Shown: in pieces, positions 28,339-38,378 of the stretch
How positions within the stretch are numbered: the first letter of the stretch is position 1
Layout: the number at the start of each line of letters is the position of its first letter
DNA from: an uncultured Spirochaetota bacterium
GTDB taxonomy: Bacteria > Spirochaetota > Spirochaetia > SZUA-6 > Fen-1364
Assembly: GCA_963845535.1 (NCBI GenBank)
Contig: CAWJSK010000012.1
Coordinates: 864,001-928,000, forward strand
Direction of reading: 5' to 3'
Length of the DNA: 64,000 nucleotides
Position numbers and translations under genes: made by a program
Notes under the pieces: generated by a model
Database searches by the model: none
The model's input: the letters and a program-made list of their open reading frames with translations, nothing else
Told to the model about the DNA's origin: nothing

Positions 28339-29843
28339 CATTTCACAATCGTCCTGAACTTCACATAGGCTTTTTCCCAGGTGTCCCGCTCCCGTGGGGC
28401 GAACTCTTTTATCGGGAATGCCGCGCGTATCATGCTCTTTGCCTCGGAAAGCTTGCCAATGATCCCCAGCCCCAGGGCTTGCACCATCGCGTTGCCAACC
28501 GCGGTCGCCTCCTCCGGGCCGGCCACGACCTTCACGCCGCAGGCGTTTGCCGTCAACTGGTTGAGGAGAGCGTTCTTCGAGCCGCCGCCCACGATGTGAA
28601 CCACCGAATAGGGCTTGCCGCTCACGGCGCCGATCTGCTCCCCGACCACCCGGTATTTCAAGGCAAGGCTCTCGTAGACCACGCGAAGCATGGTGCCCCG
28701 GTCCCGCGGCGGCTCCTGTCCGGTCCGCCGGCAGAAGGCGTTGATCGCCTCCTCCATGTTCGACGGGTTGTAGAACCCCGGATCATCAGGATCGATGAAG
28801 GCCGCGCGCGGCGTCCCCTTCTCCGTCAGGCGGTTCATCTCCTCCCAGTCCAGCTCCTTCCCATCCCGCGCCCGCCACGCGCGGCGAAGCTCCTGCACGA
28901 GCCAGGTGCCCATGCAGTTCTTCAGCAGCCGGATGTTGCCGATCCCGCCCTCGTTGCTGATGTTGACGGCCATGGCCTCGGCGTTCGTGATGGGCTTTCG
29001 AACGAGCTTGCCCACGAGGGACCAGGTCCCCGAGCTGATGATGAGGGCGTTCGCTGGATTGCCGATGGGCGCGGCGGCGTACGCGCTTGCCGTATCATGG
29101 GACCCCACGGCAATGATCCGGGCCCGTTTGAGGCCGACGGATGCTGCGAGCTCCGGCCGCATCTCCCCGAGCACGGCCCCGGGCGCCACGATCTCGGGCA
29201 TGAGCCACGCTGGGATGCCGAGGGCCTTCAGGATCTCGCGGCTCCATTTGCGCTTCTTGGAATCCATGAGCTGCGTGACGCTGGCCCAGGAAGAATCCAC
29301 CGCTGTCCCGCCGCCAAGGTAATAGGTGAAAAGGGAGGTGATGGGAAGAAAGCGCACGCCCTTCTTCACCAGGCTGGAACGGTTCTGCATGAGCCAGAGA
29401 AGCTGGTTCGACACGTTGAAGGGTTGGAAGTGGATCCCGGTGATCTCGTAGATGCGCTTGGGATCAAGCCGGGCTTTCACCTGGTCTATCATGCCGTCCA
29501 GGCGGTGGTCGCGGTAGCAGTAGACGGGGCCCAGCGTGACGCCGTCCTCATTGACGAGCGCGCCGTCCGTTCCCCAGGCGTCGACCCCAACGGAATCGGC
29601 AGTGTCGCCGATCTCGCGCCGGTAGGCCCGAAGGCCCTGGACGATCTGGGCGTAGATGTACAGCTCATCCCAGAGCGTCCGCTCCTCCACCGTGCCCGAG
29701 CGGTCGGCAAGATACACCGTTGCCGGCTCATGGCTGAACCGATGGATTTCACGGAGCGTGAACCCGTTCCCGTCGAACGCACCGACGAAACATTTGCCGC
29801 CCGAGGCGCCGATATCCACTGCAACGACTTTTGCGTTTTCCAC
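28338..29843 (-). CDS. rhaB: Rhamnulokinase/fuculokinase (FGGY family)
   Basis: DIGASGG, YRDHR, GSHDTASA, SSGTWSLVG, NEGG, GPEEATAVGN. Confidence 0.8.
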   Translation of the reverse strand: MENAKVVAVDIGASGGKCFVGAFDGNGFTLREIHRFSHEPATVYLADRSGTVEERTLWDELYIYAQIVQGLRAYRREIGDTADSVGVDAWGTDGALVNEDGVTLGPVYCYRDHRLDGMIDQVKARLDPKRIYEITGIHFQPFNVSNQLLWLMQNRSSLVKKGVRFLPITSLFTYYLGGGTAVDSSWASVTQLMDSKKRKWSREILKALGIPAWLMPEIVAPGAVLGEMRPELAASVGLKRARIIAVGSHDTASAYAAAPIGNPANALIISSGTWSLVGKLVRKPITNAEAMAVNISNEGGIGNIRLLKNCMGTWLVQELRRAWRARDGKELDWEEMNRLTEKGTPRAAFIDPDDPGFYNPSNMEEAINAFCRRTGQEPPRDRGTMLRVVYESLALKYRVVGEQIGAVSGKPYSVVHIVGGGSKNALLNQLTANACGVKVVAGPEEATAVGNAMVQALGLGIIGKLSEAKSMIRAAFPIKEFAPRERDTWEKAYVKFRTIVK

Positions 29844-29895
29844 ACCCCACCTCCCTTACGGTGCAAGACGGTATCACCCGGACCGCGGAGAGACA

Positions 29896-29927
29896 AGCTT
29901 GACCCCGCCTGAGCTTGACCCCGCCTG
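29896..29927 (+). repeat. Perfect 16-bp tandem duplication in divergent promoter
   Basis: AGCTTGACCCCGCCTG x2. Confidence 0.9.
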
Positions 29928-29952
29928 AGAGGGCAGCTATTTTCAGGGCACC

Positions 29953-30519
29953 ATGGGCCCGATATTCAATCGGCTTGCTGAATCCATCAGCTCCACCTGG
30001 AGGCTCCTCTCGGACACCACCAACTTCCTGAGCCGGGTGAAGCTGCTCGACCAGTACGAGACGGAGTTGCGGGGCTGGCGCGAGCGCCTTTCGCGAAACC
30101 GCAACAACCCGCAGGTGGCGCGGGAAATCCGTGATGATATCGTGGCTCTTCGAAAGCTGCTGCGTTCCCGCGGGTACGACCTGCGCCTCGGTTCCAAGGA
30201 CATTATCATCGAGGGATGGAGGCACGACGACGCCATGGCGGAGGGCTTCCGGCGGATCGTTCTGGGCGCCGCGGAAGACGACGTGTACTACGTGGCCGGG
30301 GACGCCAACCACAATGACCTTGCCGAGGCGCTGGAGAGCCAGTGTCGGGCCCGCCGCGGCTGCAAGCCCTTCTCCCTGCACTGCCTCTGGTACCGCTGGC
30401 GCACCAACGTCCTCGTCCTTTCGGGGGCCGCGTCGGAGACCGCCGAACAGTTCGAGGAGTTTCGACGCTACTTCGACATCAACAAGGACCTGCTTCTGAG
30501 AAAACTTTCCGGACTGTGA
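29953..30519 (+). CDS. Hypothetical protein
   Basis: 188-aa ORF with GC3-rich codon usage filling the gap between genes. Confidence 0.7.
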   Translation: MGPIFNRLAESISSTWRLLSDTTNFLSRVKLLDQYETELRGWRERLSRNRNNPQVAREIRDDIVALRKLLRSRGYDLRLGSKDIIIEGWRHDDAMAEGFRRIVLGAAEDDVYYVAGDANHNDLAEALESQCRARRGCKPFSLHCLWYRWRTNVLVLSGAASETAEQFEEFRRYFDINKDLLLRKLSGL

Positions 30520-30535
30520 GGGCTTCAGCCCGTTC

Positions 30536-31489
30536 CTACTTCGGCTGGTGATCGGGACAGAACGTGTGGGAAAAGAGCATCCCGGTCTTGCGCGCCACGT
30601 AGTCCGCCAGGGGCAGCCACTCCTCGTTCTCTCCCTCCGCCACGCGGATGCGCCGGCATACCGAACAGATGGGAAGGATGTGCTGCACCTGGCGCGCGAG
30701 GTCCCGGAGCAGCACGAGCTCGGTCACGTCGCGGGCAATTCCCTGCGTGCCCTGCATGCTTTCCGGCACGGGCCCGCCCGGACCGCCGGGAATCTGCGGC
30801 CCCAGCCCGAACGCGCTGAGGGAAACGTAAATGAAATCCAGGTCGAACTGGCGCTGCGCGCCCGCCTTGCTCGTGAGCCTGATCTGCAGGTTCCTGGTGG
30901 CGCGCTGGGAGCGCCGGCGCTCCCGCAAGGGCCAGTAGGCGATCTGCCGATCCTCGGGATGCACGATGTCCACCAGCTCCTTGCCCAGCAGCTCCTCCTT
31001 CGAGTAGCCCAGGAGCGTTTCCACCGTGTCGTTGATGAAGATCGTGCGACCGGCCGAATCCAGCACATAAATGATGGCAGGGGAGTGTTCGACGAGGCCG
31101 CGGTACAGCATGTCCATGCGGTCGAGCTGCTCCTGAAGCTGGACTTTGATGGTGGTGTCGCGGAAGACGAGGAGCCATCCCGTGAGCTTCCCCGCGTCAT
31201 ACCGGGGCACGGTGATGAGCTCTGTCGGTATCTCCATGCCGAAGTTGGTCTGCAGCCGTATGGGGAGCCCTGGCAGAATGGAGCCTGATCTCTCGATGGA
31301 GAAGATTGCCTGGAGATCCTTCAGGGAGGCAGGGGCGATGATCGAGTCGAGGTGGTAGCCCACCACGTCGTCCTGGCGAAAGCCGGTGATCTCCTCCGCG
31401 GCCTTGTTCCAGAAAAGGAGCACCCCTTCCTCGTCGCAGAGCGCCACTATCTCCTGCAGCTCATTAGGGTCAATGTTCACGTGTGTCAC
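30536..31489 (-). CDS. Tandem PAS-domain protein with C-terminal Cys/His motif
   Basis: WNKAAEEITG and INDTVETLLGYS..IVHPED PAS repeats; PICSVC...SHTFCPDH. Confidence 0.8.
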   Translation of the reverse strand: MTHVNIDPNELQEIVALCDEEGVLLFWNKAAEEITGFRQDDVVGYHLDSIIAPASLKDLQAIFSIERSGSILPGLPIRLQTNFGMEIPTELITVPRYDAGKLTGWLLVFRDTTIKVQLQEQLDRMDMLYRGLVEHSPAIIYVLDSAGRTIFINDTVETLLGYSKEELLGKELVDIVHPEDRQIAYWPLRERRRSQRATRNLQIRLTSKAGAQRQFDLDFIYVSLSAFGLGPQIPGGPGGPVPESMQGTQGIARDVTELVLLRDLARQVQHILPICSVCRRIRVAEGENEEWLPLADYVARKTGMLFSHTFCPDHQPK

Positions 31490-31534
31490 CCTGGTCGATC
31501 TCGATTATGGACCGGGGCCGGTGTTTGTTCAAGC

Positions 31535-31562
31535 TTGACAGGATATTCACATTTTGTAAAAT
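31535..31562 (+). promoter_or_regulatory. sigma70-like promoter
   Basis: TTGACA-N16-TAAAAT upstream of the AraC gene. Confidence 0.5.
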
Positions 31563-31616
31563 CATGCTATTCGCGGCATTATTCAGGCCAGGCAGCCGGG
31601 AGTCGACCTCGCCCTT

Positions 31617-32837
31617 TTGAAAAAGCTCGGCGCCGAGTACCAGACGGCTACGCATCTCCCTCTCCTCCTCGTGGACGCCCGGGGCCGCACGCTCTGGCTC
31701 CTGGGGGGCTGTCAATTGTGTGCCCGGCTGTCCACATCTCCCCGGCGGGAGAAGCTGTGCGCCGACCATGAACGGCGCGCCGTGGAGGAATCCCTTCGAT
31801 GGGGAGAACCGTACATCTCCGTCTGTCCTTTCGGGCTCGTCACCTTCGCCGTCCCGCTGTCCCGGGAAAAGAAGCTTATTGCGGGACTGGTGAGCGGTTT
31901 CTGCATCTTCCCCCAGATGCAGAAGGACATCCGTGAGGAAATCGTCAGCAGCATCCGTCGCTTCCGCCTGAAAGCGCGCATTTCCCCCCGGTCCCGGCTC
32001 TCCTTCCCCATCGTCACTTCCGAGCAGCTGCGCCGGAACGCTTCCCGCCTTTTCGACTTGACCGGCAGGTATGGCCTCAATGACCTGGAGCTCATCCATG
32101 AGAGCAGGGAGCGAAGCATCCAGCAGTTCACCATTGCAAACTTCCTGGAGGATGCCCGCAAGGAGAACCAGGACCTCGTCTCGTCCCTCGTGCGCATGCA
32201 GAATGAGATCATCGACAAGGTCGTGCTGGGGGATTTGAGCGGTTCGCGGGAGATCGTCAACCGCTACCTCGGGGCCATCCTCCTGGAGACCGGCATGAAC
32301 TTCAACCGGCTGAAGGTCCGGCTCCTGGAGTTGATCGTCATCATCTCGCGCTCGGCCATCGAAAAGGGGATCAGCGCGGACGGGCTCCTGGGCCCGCGCT
32401 ACGCCTACCTGACGGACATCAACGCGGCGGGCAACTTCGACGACCTCTTCTGGAAGGTCACGAAGGTCCTGGAGAACTTCAACAGGACGGTCTCCGGGGA
32501 GGTCGGCCGCAAGTCATGGGCGCACATGACGAAGATGAAGGACTACGTCCAGAAGCATTTCACGGAGAAAGTGTCTGCGGCGGAGGTCGCGGCGGCCGCG
32601 GGGCTGAGCATCAGCCGGGCGCTGCACCTTTTCCGCAAGGAATGCGGGGTGTCGCTTTCGTCATTCATTGCCCGCCGCCGGGTGGATTTTGCCAGGTACC
32701 TGCTCTCCCACACCGACCGCAGCATTGCCGCAATCGCCTCCGACTGCGGGTTCTTCGACCAGAGCCACTTCTCCAAGACGTTCGCTTCGCTGGAGGGAGT
32801 CCCGCCGCTCAGGTACCGAACGAGAATCAAGGGGTAA
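31617..32837 (+). CDS. AraC-family regulator with PocR-like sensor domain
   Basis: WGEPYISVCPFGL..FAVPL N-domain; C-terminal GFFDQSHFSKTF HTH. Confidence 0.85.
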   Translation: MKKLGAEYQTATHLPLLLVDARGRTLWLLGGCQLCARLSTSPRREKLCADHERRAVEESLRWGEPYISVCPFGLVTFAVPLSREKKLIAGLVSGFCIFPQMQKDIREEIVSSIRRFRLKARISPRSRLSFPIVTSEQLRRNASRLFDLTGRYGLNDLELIHESRERSIQQFTIANFLEDARKENQDLVSSLVRMQNEIIDKVVLGDLSGSREIVNRYLGAILLETGMNFNRLKVRLLELIVIISRSAIEKGISADGLLGPRYAYLTDINAAGNFDDLFWKVTKVLENFNRTVSGEVGRKSWAHMTKMKDYVQKHFTEKVSAAEVAAAAGLSISRALHLFRKECGVSLSSFIARRRVDFARYLLSHTDRSIAAIASDCGFFDQSHFSKTFASLEGVPPLRYRTRIKG

Positions 32838-32838
32838 G

Positions 32839-33939
32839 CTACGGGGCATTCGCCAGGCCGCGCTCCACCTCGTGCTTTTCAAGGGCGAGTTGGATGAGCC
32901 TGTCGATCAACTCCGGGGAGGAAAGCCCTGATGCCTCCCAGAGCTTCGGGTACATGCTGATGCGCGTGAAGCCCGGGATCGTGTTGATCTCATTGACGAG
33001 CACCTCACCCGAATCGCGAAGGAACATGTCCACGCGCGCCATCCCATTGCAGCACAGGACCTTGAAAGCCCGCAGCGCCAGGTCCCGCACCGCTTCGGTG
33101 GTCGGCGCAGGAAGCGGAGCCGGGATCAGGAGGGCGGCTCCGTTTTCGTCGATATACTTCGCCTCATAGTCGTAGAAGTCGTGGCCGGCGCCCGTGCGGA
33201 TCTCGCCAGGAACGGAAGCGATGGGCTCCGCGTTGCCCAGGACGGCGCATTCGAGCTCCCTCCCGGCAACGCGCTCCTCGACGATGACTTTCGTGTCGAA
33301 GCGGAATGCCGCCAGCACGGCGCGCTCATAATCCTCCGGACTGCCCGCCATGCTGACGCCGACCGAGGATCCCAGATTTGCCGGCTTCACGAACACCGGC
33401 GCGCCAAGCGCGTCCACCGCTTCGGGGAAAGGTACCTGCGGTTCGCGTCGGCGAAGAACAAGGAACTTGGGAATGGGTATTCCGGCATCCCGCAAGAGCC
33501 GCTTCATGATGTCTTTGTCCATCCCCACCGCGGAGCCCAGGATGCCGGCGCCCACGCAGGGGAGGTTCGCAAGCTTGCACAGCCCCTGGATGGAGCCGTC
33601 CTCACCGTACGGTCCGTGGAGGACCGGAAAGACGACATCAATGATCGCGGACTCTCCGCGGCCGGACAGGTCGAGGAGGCTGCTGTGGCGGCCCCGCGTG
33701 ACAAGGGCGACCTCTGATGAGCCCGAAGTCGAGAGATTGGGCAGCGGCCGGGAAGCATCGAAGAGCTGGCGCGTCTCTTCCTGTCGGAACCATCGCCCTT
33801 CCCGGTCGACCCCAATGAGGACGGGCTCGTACTTCGCCGGGTCCAGGGCATCTATCACGTTCCTCGCGGACTGCAGCGAAACCTCATGCTCCGCGGACCT
33901 GCCTCCGAATACGATGCCTACCCTGACCTTGCGCGACAT
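32839..33939 (-). CDS. ddl: D-alanine--D-alanine ligase
   Basis: GGRSAEHEVS, LHGPYGEDG, GSSVG, YDYEAKY, NEINTIPG. Confidence 0.96.
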   Translation of the reverse strand: MSRKVRVGIVFGGRSAEHEVSLQSARNVIDALDPAKYEPVLIGVDREGRWFRQEETRQLFDASRPLPNLSTSGSSEVALVTRGRHSSLLDLSGRGESAIIDVVFPVLHGPYGEDGSIQGLCKLANLPCVGAGILGSAVGMDKDIMKRLLRDAGIPIPKFLVLRRREPQVPFPEAVDALGAPVFVKPANLGSSVGVSMAGSPEDYERAVLAAFRFDTKVIVEERVAGRELECAVLGNAEPIASVPGEIRTGAGHDFYDYEAKYIDENGAALLIPAPLPAPTTEAVRDLALRAFKVLCCNGMARVDMFLRDSGEVLVNEINTIPGFTRISMYPKLWEASGLSSPELIDRLIQLALEKHEVERGLANAP

Positions 33940-34021
33940 GAGCGCAGGGTACGCGCGCGCAGATCCCCTGTCCATGGGCCTTGCTCTTGCCTCGGTTTCC
34001 ACCGGACCGTACCCTCTCGGC

Positions 34022-34819
34022 ATGGAGACTGAGATCCGCTTCGAGCACGTTTCCTTCCATTATGATGAGTCTCCGCCAGGGGAGAAGGTATTCACTGACC
34101 TGACCTTGGACCTGCCTCGCGGAATCATATCGCTTGTGGGGCAGAATGGTTGCGGCAAGTCGACTTTCCTCATGCTCGCCGGAGGGGTCCTTCTTCCGAA
34201 CGAAGGGAGCGTCCACATCCGCGGGCAGGATACCGCGGCGCTGCAGGACGAGGGTGCGCGCCATCGCGTCGCCTCCATCATCTATCAGAATCTCGAGTTC
34301 GAAACGGAAAAGCCCATCGGGGAGCTTTTGAATGACGTGCACGCCCTCGGGTTTCGCGAAAGCAAGAACCCGGAGTTTGTCCGGGAGCTGATCGAGGTTT
34401 TCGAGCTTGCCCCGTTCCTCGGACGCAGGACTCAGGAGGTGAGCAAAGGCGAGCTTCAGCGTACCATCCTGGCGTTCAGCCTCCTGTACGGGTCACCTCT
34501 GTTGTTGATGGATGAGCCGATCTTCGCGCTGGAGGATTCGCAGAAGGATCGTGCCATGCGGTACCTCTGCAATCACGCCCGGGAAAACGGCCTTTGTCTC
34601 CTGTACTCGCTGCACGAGCTGGACCTCTCCCAGAGGTATTCGGATTTCCTTCTGCTCTTTCCGCCGGGCGCTCCCCCCCAGATGGGAAGGACCGGGGATA
34701 TGTTCACCCGGGAAAAAATCGAAGAAGCCTACCAGGTCCCTTTCGTGATGCTGCGGCGCAAGGAGGAGCTTTTCCGACAACGGCTCATTGACGCGGACCG
34801 AGCCCGCCGCGGAAGGTGA
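34022..34819 (+). CDS. ABC-family ATPase without adjacent permease
   Basis: GQNGCGKST, VSKGE, LLLMDEP, SLHE. Confidence 0.85.
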   Translation: METEIRFEHVSFHYDESPPGEKVFTDLTLDLPRGIISLVGQNGCGKSTFLMLAGGVLLPNEGSVHIRGQDTAALQDEGARHRVASIIYQNLEFETEKPIGELLNDVHALGFRESKNPEFVRELIEVFELAPFLGRRTQEVSKGELQRTILAFSLLYGSPLLLMDEPIFALEDSQKDRAMRYLCNHARENGLCLLYSLHELDLSQRYSDFLLLFPPGAPPQMGRTGDMFTREKIEEAYQVPFVMLRRKEELFRQRLIDADRARRGR

Positions 34820-35541
34820 GCGCCGTGCCCCCGGGAAGACCGCTGATCCTGGCCCACCGCGGCCTGCACGCCGTTCATCGGGAAAACTCGCTGGAAGCCT
34901 TCAGCGCTGCCTTCAATGCAAAGGCGGACGGCATTGAGTGCGACCTGCAGAAGTCTCCGCACGGCGAGTATGTGATTGTCCATGACCCTCCCGCGCCGGC
35001 TGAGGAGGGCTTTGAGCCCGGGCGCGCCAACCCTGCCCCGCTCGAAGCCATGCTCGGCTCCCTCCCCCCGGGGGCCTTTCTCAACCTTGAGCTGAAATCC
35101 GAAACGCTCACTCCCGCGGACTGCGCCCCCATTTTCGAGGCGCTCGGCCGCCGCCCAGGCCCCGGCGGGCTTCTCATCTCTTCCTTCGAGCCGGCGCTTC
35201 TCCCCTACTTCAAGGCTCACGGGGTGCCCATCGGGCTTCTCATAGGGGAGGAGGCGGCAAAGCATGGAATGGCATGGATGGCCCGGCAGGTTTCCCGGCT
35301 CAAGCCTGATTACCTCAATCTGCCGATACTGATGTTTGAGGTCCTGGGAAAGCGCCGGGGGCTCCTCCTTGCGCTTCTCATGAGAGCCCTCGGCTTTTCG
35401 CTGGCATTCTGGACCGTCAACGGGGAAGAAGAGGTCCGCCTGGTGAAGAAGCTGGCTCGAATCATCATTACGGATGAGGTGCAAACCGTTCGGGGCGCGC
35501 TATCATTGTCTGAAAGGAGCCATCACGCACATGAAAGCTGA
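34816..35541 (+). CDS. Glycerophosphodiester phosphodiesterase family protein
   Basis: AHRG, ENS, IECD, HD, NLELK, WTVN, ITD. Confidence 0.88.
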   Translation: MSAVPPGRPLILAHRGLHAVHRENSLEAFSAAFNAKADGIECDLQKSPHGEYVIVHDPPAPAEEGFEPGRANPAPLEAMLGSLPPGAFLNLELKSETLTPADCAPIFEALGRRPGPGGLLISSFEPALLPYFKAHGVPIGLLIGEEAAKHGMAWMARQVSRLKPDYLNLPILMFEVLGKRRGLLLALLMRALGFSLAFWTVNGEEEVRLVKKLARIIITDEVQTVRGALSLSERSHHAHES

Positions 35542-35935
35542 GTCACTGAAGGTGTCGGCCGTGATCCCGGCAGCCCCGGAGGCAGTGTATGCGGCGTGGA
35601 TGAGCAACAAGGAGCACGGGGCCATGACGAACACGCCGGAGGCGCAGATCTCCGCCCGCGTGGGGGGCAAGTTCTCCGCCGGCGGCGGCTACATGTGGGG
35701 CACCACCCTGGAGCTGGACCCGCCGAAAAGGATCGTGCAGTTGTGGCGCACCACGGAGTTCCCTGAGGAAGCTCCTGACTCGCGGCTCGAGGTGGTCCTG
35801 GAAGCCGCGAAAGGCGGGACGAAGATTTCGATCATTCAAACCGAAATCCCCGCCGGCCAGGGCGCGAGCTACCGGCAAGGGTGGATCGACTACTACTTCA
35901 CGCCAATGAAGCAATACTTCGCGGGAAAGGGATAA
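35531..35935 (+). CDS. SRPBCC/Aha1-like protein
   Basis: PEAVYAAW, RIVQLWR, GWIDYYF. Confidence 0.8.
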   Translation: MKAESLKVSAVIPAAPEAVYAAWMSNKEHGAMTNTPEAQISARVGGKFSAGGGYMWGTTLELDPPKRIVQLWRTTEFPEEAPDSRLEVVLEAAKGGTKISIIQTEIPAGQGASYRQGWIDYYFTPMKQYFAGKG

Positions 35936-36757
35936 ATGCCGCATCAGCCTGAGGGGCGCCAGGCTCGGACTGCCGCGTTCGCCGCCGCCTTCATCATTCT
36001 TGGTCTCTCGATCTCACTGGGCTCGTGCGCCTCTTTCTCAGCGGACGGCGGGGAGTGGCATCCGATTGCCAACCCGTATCCGTCAACAGGCGGGCAGCCC
36101 GCCGCGGACTCAGGTTCGGGCGCGGGAGACCGGACGGACGCGGTGGTCCGACCCGTTGCCAGCGCACCGGCTCCTGAGCGCGCCACGGAGGACCCCGCCG
36201 TGGTCACGCTGCGCGAGAAGCTCGTCGAAGGAGCCAATGCGGTCCTCGGCAGGAAAGAGCTCCTTATCCGAGGCAGGAGATTCACCATGGACTGCACGGG
36301 CACCGTCCTTGCAATCTACTGGTACGCCGGCATCGACCTGTCACAGGATTTCCCGACGCTCAGGGGAAGCGGCGTTTCGCGGATCTATCAGACGCTCCAG
36401 CGTCGTGACCTTCTCTACACGACCTCCCGTCCCCTTTCCGGGGACATCATCTTCTGGGACGACACCTACGACGAGGAAGGCTCCGAGGGTCGGCCCAATC
36501 CGCTCTCGCACATGGGCATGGTGGTGAGCGTAGATGGGGAGGGCACCATCTCCTACATTCACTATCACATCCGTCGGGGCATCACGATCGACCACATGAA
36601 CCTGGAGAGCCCCAACGTGTTGAACCGTATGGAGAACGGCAGCCTGAAGGTGATCAACTCCCCGCTTCGCCTCGCCGTACCGGGCAGGCCGCACCCGGCC
36701 CGGTGGCTCGCCGGCCAGCTCTACCGGATGATGGGCCTTGGCTACCTGCTGGAATGA
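35936..36757 (+). CDS. Lipoprotein with NlpC/P60-like domain
   Basis: Lipobox LGSC; DCTG, GDIIFW, SHMGMV. Confidence 0.7.
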   Translation: MPHQPEGRQARTAAFAAAFIILGLSISLGSCASFSADGGEWHPIANPYPSTGGQPAADSGSGAGDRTDAVVRPVASAPAPERATEDPAVVTLREKLVEGANAVLGRKELLIRGRRFTMDCTGTVLAIYWYAGIDLSQDFPTLRGSGVSRIYQTLQRRDLLYTTSRPLSGDIIFWDDTYDEEGSEGRPNPLSHMGMVVSVDGEGTISYIHYHIRRGITIDHMNLESPNVLNRMENGSLKVINSPLRLAVPGRPHPARWLAGQLYRMMGLGYLLE

Positions 36758-38378
36758 CCGGGCAGGCGCACCTCGAAGCTGGCTCCGCCGCGTTCGCGAT
36801 TGAACGCCCGAACGGAGCCCCCGTGGCTTTCCGCAATCGACTGTACAATCGAAAGCCCCAACCCGGCGTGCTCGCCTTTTTCTTCGCCGGGGCGGAAGCT
36901 GAAGAATCGATCGAATATCCTGGCGGCATGCTCGGAAGGGATGCCCGGTCCTTCGTCGCTCACCCGGATGAGTGCCCGCGGGCCGTCCGCCTCCACGTCA
37001 ATGAGAAGCGTGCTTCCGGCGGAGAGAAGCCCTCCCCGTTGTCGACCAGGTTTTGCAGTATCTGCGCCACCCGGTGCGCGGATACGGCTGCCCCGATTCC
37101 CGCGTGCCCGCGCACCAGGAAGCGCACGTCGCGTGATGAACGCGCTCGAAGCGCGCTCACGACCCTTTCGGCAATCACCCGTACATCCGGGGTGACCTCG
37201 GCGCCTTCGCCGTTTCCCCCGTCAGCTCCGCTGTCGATGCGCGATATCTCCCGCACCCCTGCCAGGAGCCTTTCCATCCGGTTCACGTCATCCATGGCCA
37301 TCGCGAGCAGCTCCCGCCGTTCCCGGCCGTCCCTCTCAGACTGCGCGAGCTCGAGCGCCGAGCGGATCGAGGCGAGGGGGTTCTTCAGCTCGTGGGAAAC
37401 ATCCGAAGCAAAACTCTCGGCAAGGCGGACGTGACGGGCAAGTTTTTCCGTAAGAGTCCCGAGGCTTCGGGAAAGATCGCCAATTTCGTCCCTGCGCCGC
37501 GCGGGGACGAGCGTGCCTGACATCCTCCCCCGGGCATCAATGACGCCGTGGGCCTGGTCCCTCAGCCTGCGCAGGGGAACGGTGACGGTCACGGAAAGCA
37601 GGAAGCTGAGCACAAGAGATGTTGCCAGGGACCAGAGGAAGAGCCGAAAGATGTCCAGGCGCAAAGAGTAAAGGTCGATCAAGATCCGCCCCGTGGATTG
37701 CGAGACAAGGACTGCTCCAATGACGCGGCCCTGTCCCATGACGGGAATGGCGCTGTAGAGTGTTACCGATTGCTGGCCTTTTGAAATCCGGGTGGCGGCG
37801 CCGTACCTCCCGGCAAGCGCGTCCATGATCTCAGACCCCGAGAGCATGTTCGGGCTTCTGTCATACAAATCCGATTCCGTCGCGAGCGGCGCGGGGGGCC
37901 GCAAGAAACGCCGCCATGCGCGGACCGGCAGGGACGCCAGCCTGTAAAGGAACGTCCCCTGCGCCACCCGGTCAGGCTCCGAGGCCTGGTTGCGCGTCGA
38001 AACGGGTCCCGCGGCCCCCCGCGGGACCATTCTGCTCGAATCCGCCAGGAGCGTTCCCCGTGCGTCGACCACTCGCATGCGGGCGTCATGGCGCTGGCGC
38101 AGATGCGCGATGATGCGCCCCGCCTCTGTTCCGAGATCGGAGCCGCTGTCCTCCAGGGAGGCAGCGAGCACGCGTCCCTGCTGGACAAGGGAGCCCTCCA
38201 ACGAGGCGAGCAGTTGACGCTCGTATGTTCCCAGCGAAAGAAAGCCGGCGATCGGCAGGAAGACGATCAGAATGTTGAACGCCATGAGGCGGGCCGTGAT
38301 TCCCGCCAGCGCTTTTCGGATTCGAACGATGCCAGGCGTCGAACGTCCGGGCCCTGAGCGGACCGCCTTAGCCTTCAC
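36742..38378 (-). pseudogene. ChvG/CreC-like sensor kinase with 1-bp frameshift near 37015 in the HATPase domain
   Basis: Two TM, HAMP, SHELKNPL, NLVDN in one frame; DEGPGI, GLGLSI continue in 36742-36996. Confidence 0.8.

Noticed and set aside
32839..33939. VanA-type D-Ala-D-Lac ligase
   Set aside because: Omega loop YDYEAKY is the D-Ala-D-Ala type; no vanH/vanX nearby
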